Assembly: GCA_036338285.1 (NCBI GenBank)
Contig: JAYZCO010000090.1
Coordinates: 79,234-143,233, forward strand
DNA: 64,000 nt
Reading direction: 5' to 3'
Source of the DNA: Pseudomonadota bacterium
GTDB lineage: Bacteria > Pseudomonadota > Gammaproteobacteria > Pseudomonadales > Azotimanducaceae
A program made the position numbers and the translations under genes. This document shows, piece after piece, positions 60,804 through 64,000 of the stretch; the stretch's first letter is position 1; every line of letters begins with the position of its first letter. The notes under the pieces are model-generated. The model made no database searches and was not told the DNA's origin. It worked only from the letters and a program-made list of their open reading frames with translations.

Positions 60804-61695
60804 GCAACAGACGCAGCCGGCGGGAGTCGGTATTTAAAACTTCAAAATGTAGGTCCGCAATATCTACGGTTTCACCTCGATCCGGCAAACGACCGAATGC
60901 CTGCAGTACCACACCACCAATCGTATCGAACTCCTCTTCACTGATATGCGTGGAAAAGTATTCATTAAAGTCTTCTATCGTTGCGTTGGCTTTGACATGA
61001 AAGCTGTTGGGTTCCAATTGTTTAACCACACTTTCATCATCGACATCGTATTCGTCCTCTATCTCTCCCACGATCTGTTCAAGGACATCCTCAATCGTCA
61101 CCGCACCCGATATCTGCCCGTACTCATCCACCACAACAGCCATATGGTTTCGCGTCCGGCGAAAATCCTGCAGCAGTACATTTAAACGTTTACTTTCCGG
61201 AACGACCGACGCGGGCCGGATACAATCCTTCATAGAAAATTTGTTGTGGTCATGTTCGAGCACAAGAGGCAGCAGGTCTTTGGCATGAAGAATGCCTTTG
61301 ATGTCATCGACATCGTCACCAATGACGGGAAATCGAGAATGGCGGGATTCGATCACGATGGGCAGGATTTCTGAAGGATCCTGATCTTCTTGCACAACGA
61401 CAAGCGCGCTTCTCGGGATCATGATGTCCCGGGCATGCATATCACCTACGTGTAGTGCACCAAAGAAAACATTCAGTGCTTCTTCGTCGAAAAGCTGACG
61501 TTTCGCTGCTTGACGCAGCGTTTCCATCAGCTTATTAAGATCTTCAGGCTCGTCGGCAAAAAGGTTAGACAGCCACGCCCGCATACTGCGTCGAAGCTCC
61601 TTTTTTGCACCACGATCCGGTTGACCCAGATTGTCCTGACCCGAGTCTTCGCGCTCACCCGATTGGGTGTCGCTTAGCTCAGAATTCGTACTCAT
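60784..61695 (-). CDS. corC: CBS/CorC-domain Mg/Co homeostasis protein
   Basis: DIMIPR, HSRFPV, VVDEYG, TIEDVLEQIVGEIEDE and DTIGG. Confidence 0.93.
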   Translation of the reverse strand: MSTNSELSDTQSGEREDSGQDNLGQPDRGAKKELRRSMRAWLSNLFADEPEDLNKLMETLRQAAKRQLFDEEALNVFFGALHVGDMHARDIMIPRSALVVVQEDQDPSEILPIVIESRHSRFPVIGDDVDDIKGILHAKDLLPLVLEHDHNKFSMKDCIRPASVVPESKRLNVLLQDFRRTRNHMAVVVDEYGQISGAVTIEDVLEQIVGEIEDEYDVDDESVVKQLEPNSFHVKANATIEDFNEYFSTHISEEEFDTIGGVVLQAFGRLPDRGETVDIADLHFEVLNTDSRRLRLLRVNTPH

Positions 61696-61755
61696 TCAAT
61701 AGTAAGGCAGTGTCCTCGATTGCATGTATACAGGACCGGGCACGCATTGCAAGTA

Positions 61756-62202
61756 TCAAAGATAGGGGTTTGATACGCCCAAATCACTCATAACGGCAAT
61801 TTCAATCCCTTCCATCAGCCGCGCGTCCGCTGTTGTCTGATGATCGTATCCCAGCAGGTGAAGTACACCATGAATGACCATGTGCGCCGCGTGATCAACA
61901 ATTGTCTTATGTTGTTCATCAGCCTCGCGCACAACCACTGGCCAACAAATCGCAAGATCACCCAGAATCGGTTCATCAGATACCACATCCGCAGAAAAAC
62001 TTAGTACGTTCGTTGGTCTGTCGATACCACGATACGTAGCGTTCAACGATTGCGATTCAGTTTCATTACAGATTCTGATGCACACTTCACCCGGTATGGC
62101 CATCTCCAAGTGATTGCACAGCGCATCTATCCATGCCTTACAATCGAAATTGCTGGCGATTTCATCCGCCATGGTTTCCGCAATTTGCAGCTCAACTGAC
62201 AT
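61756..62202 (-). CDS. ybeY: rRNA maturation RNase
   Basis: PTNVLSF, LGDLAIC and HMVIHGVLHLLGYDH. ATG at 62202 preferred. Confidence 0.94.
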   Translation of the reverse strand: MSVELQIAETMADEIASNFDCKAWIDALCNHLEMAIPGEVCIRICNETESQSLNATYRGIDRPTNVLSFSADVVSDEPILGDLAICWPVVVREADEQHKTIVDHAAHMVIHGVLHLLGYDHQTTADARLMEGIEIAVMSDLGVSNPYL

Positions 62203-63244
62203 CTCTTTCGCTGTCAGGTTCTGACTCATCTGCCGCAGCGTAGGCATCTACGATCTTCTGCACCAAAGGATGGCGCACGACATCTTTAGATCCAAAGTGA
62301 GTAAAGCTGACACCGGGGACCTGACGCAAAACGTTTCTAACATTCACAAGCCCAGAACGCTCGCCTCGGGGAAGATCGATCTGGGTTATATCACCCGTTA
62401 TGACTGCGGTTGAACCAAAGCCGATGCGAGTAAGGAACATTTTCATCTGCGCAACCGTCGTATTCTGGCTCTCATCAAGGATGATGAACGCATTGTTCAG
62501 GGTACGGCCCCGCATATACGCTAAAGGCGCAACTTCAATGATGTTGCGCTCTATGAACTTGTTAACCCGCTCGATACCCATCATTTCGTAGAGCGCATCG
62601 TACAAAGGTCGAAGATAGGGATCTATCTTCTGGGCCAGATCACCCGGAAGGAAGCCCAGCTTCTCGCCCGCCTCCACTGCGGGTCTGACAAGAAGAATAC
62701 GCGCGACTCGTTGCGTCTCAAGTGCCTCCACAGCACACGCCACCGCCAAAAAGGTCTTGCCTGTGCCGGCAGGTCCGATGCCAAAACTAACGTCATAGGT
62801 GCGTATCGCTTGGCAGTAAGACTGCTGATTCCCACCTCTGGGCTTTATTGGTTTTTTGTATGTACGGATGATTAGCCCGTCTCCGCCGGGCTGAGCACCG
62901 TCCTGTTCGGAGCTTTGAGCATCGGCTTCAATCAGCGCTTCAACACCTGCCTCTTGAAGATATAAATGGACAAAGTCCGGTTCAATCGCATCGTGATCGA
63001 CCGTTTCTCGATAGAGTTGATGCAAAAGCGCGCTTGCGGCCTCGACTCTCAGTTCCGGGCCGGACACCTGGAATTCGTTACCTCGATTGCGTATGTGTAC
63101 GGACAATCTCTGTTCGAGATGCTTGAGGTTCTGATCCACAGGACCACACAGTGCAGCAAGGCGCAGAGGATCATTTGGATTGAGAGTTACCGTTCGCGTG
63201 AGCGGGACGACGCGCGAATTTTCTGAGGAGGTTTTTTCTTGCAA
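62192..63244 (-). CDS. ybeZ: PhoH-family ATPase
   Basis: GPAGTGKT, RPAVEAGEKLGFLPG and LAYMRGRTL. Confidence 0.94.
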   Translation of the reverse strand: MQEKTSSENSRVVPLTRTVTLNPNDPLRLAALCGPVDQNLKHLEQRLSVHIRNRGNEFQVSGPELRVEAASALLHQLYRETVDHDAIEPDFVHLYLQEAGVEALIEADAQSSEQDGAQPGGDGLIIRTYKKPIKPRGGNQQSYCQAIRTYDVSFGIGPAGTGKTFLAVACAVEALETQRVARILLVRPAVEAGEKLGFLPGDLAQKIDPYLRPLYDALYEMMGIERVNKFIERNIIEVAPLAYMRGRTLNNAFIILDESQNTTVAQMKMFLTRIGFGSTAVITGDITQIDLPRGERSGLVNVRNVLRQVPGVSFTHFGSKDVVRHPLVQKIVDAYAAADESEPDSERDVS

Positions 63245-63324
63245 ACTACACCATAAAAATAATATCTGCGTTTCTGCTCGATTCTTTGCCGCTCATATTT
63301 TATACAGAATCAGAGCAATCGCTT

Positions 63325-64000
63325 TCATCGAACCTTCTGTCTGTTAGTTTGCTGGAATTCTACCATAGTCCCCCTTAAGGAATTGGGTAGCGCCTCGGTG
63401 ATTTCTACGTCGACAAATTCGCCAACGTACATCAGATCACCGGCAAAATTAACGACTCGATTATTTTCAGTGCGCGCTGCGAGTTCACCGTTACCCCGCT
63501 TAGCAATGCCCGTGACAAGCACATTTTCCAGCGTCCCCACCATTTGCTCTGAAATTACCTGCGCCTGTTCCCGGATCCGCGCCTGAAGTATCTGCAGGCG
63601 TTCCTTCTTTACGGCTTCGGATGTGGGATCATCCAGTGCGACCGCAGGGGTACCGGGCCGCGCACTGTAGATAAAGCTGTACGATAGGTCATAGCCAATT
63701 TCTTCAATCAGATTCATCGTGTCTGCAAAATCGTCTTCTGTCTCTCCAGGAAAACCCACAATAAAGTCGGAAGAAAGGCTGATGTTCGGACGGATTTCGC
63801 GCAAGCTTTGTATGCTGTCAATGTAGTCCTGGCGGGTGTGTCCTCGCTTCATCGCCGCCAATACCCGATCGGATCCAGATTGCACGGGTAGGTGTAGATG
63901 ATTAACAAGTTGGGGTACATCTCGATAAGCCGCCAGTAGCGTCTCACCGAAATCGAGTGGGTGGGAAGTGGTGTATCGGATACGCTCAACGCCATCGATG
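63325..64000 (-). CDS. miaB: tRNA-i6A37 methylthiotransferase (5' part outside the window)
   Basis: [42 protein letters not shown] and a C-terminal TRAM domain. Confidence 0.95.
   Translation of the reverse strand, partial: IDGVERIRYTTSHPLDFGETLLAAYRDVPQLVNHLHLPVQSGSDRVLAAMKRGHTRQDYIDSIQSLREIRPNISLSSDFIVGFPGETEDDFADTMNLIEEIGYDLSYSFIYSARPGTPAVALDDPTSEAVKKERLQILQARIREQAQVISEQMVGTLENVLVTGIAKRGNGELAARTENNRVVNFAGDLMYVGEFVDVEITEALPNSLRGTMVEFQQTNRQKVR

Noticed and set aside
1-64000. Selenoproteins via UGA read-through, prompted by selU
   Set aside because: MsrA has a Cys codon in GCFWG, and I saw no gene split at an in-frame TGA at a catalytic Cys position.
1-64000. CRISPR array, IS element, prophage, tRNA or rRNA
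   Set aside because: I saw no regularly spaced repeats, transposase, integrase or phage motifs, or cloverleaf/rRNA signatures by eye.

Overview
A gene-dense chromosomal window of a Gammaproteobacterium, judged from the miaB-phoH-ybeY-corC-lnt...leuS-lptE-holA gene order. The gene content suggests an aquatic or marine heterotroph (inference). About 55 CDSs are supported. Housekeeping and tRNA genes: msrA, selU/mnmH, a type-2 ileS, leuS, holA, lptE, lnt, miaB. Metabolic clusters: a cobalt-type nitrile hydratase operon, a rubrerythrin/Fe-S oxidoreductase/DUF3501 cluster, sahR-ahcY divergent from ybdL-yafV, and an oppABCDF operon. There are two AAA+/VWA pairs (CoxD/E-like and CobS/T), a TonB-dependent receptor and many acyl-CoA, flavin and Rieske catabolic enzymes. 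I saw no tRNA, rRNA, CRISPR array, transposase or prophage gene. The main leads are: (1) a candidate sRNA divergent from a LysR gene, with a perfect 13-bp stem, a 20-nt all-pyrimidine anti-Shine-Dalgarno-like loop and an intrinsic terminator; (2) a Rieske oxygenase with reversed domain order coupled to the type-2 ileS; (3) an FN3-like domain inserted into OppC; (4) a perfect 24-bp SahR-type operator between sahR-ahcY and ybdL-yafV; (5) a 54-aa ORF missing from the supplied track. All product calls come from motif recognition by eye, with no database search.
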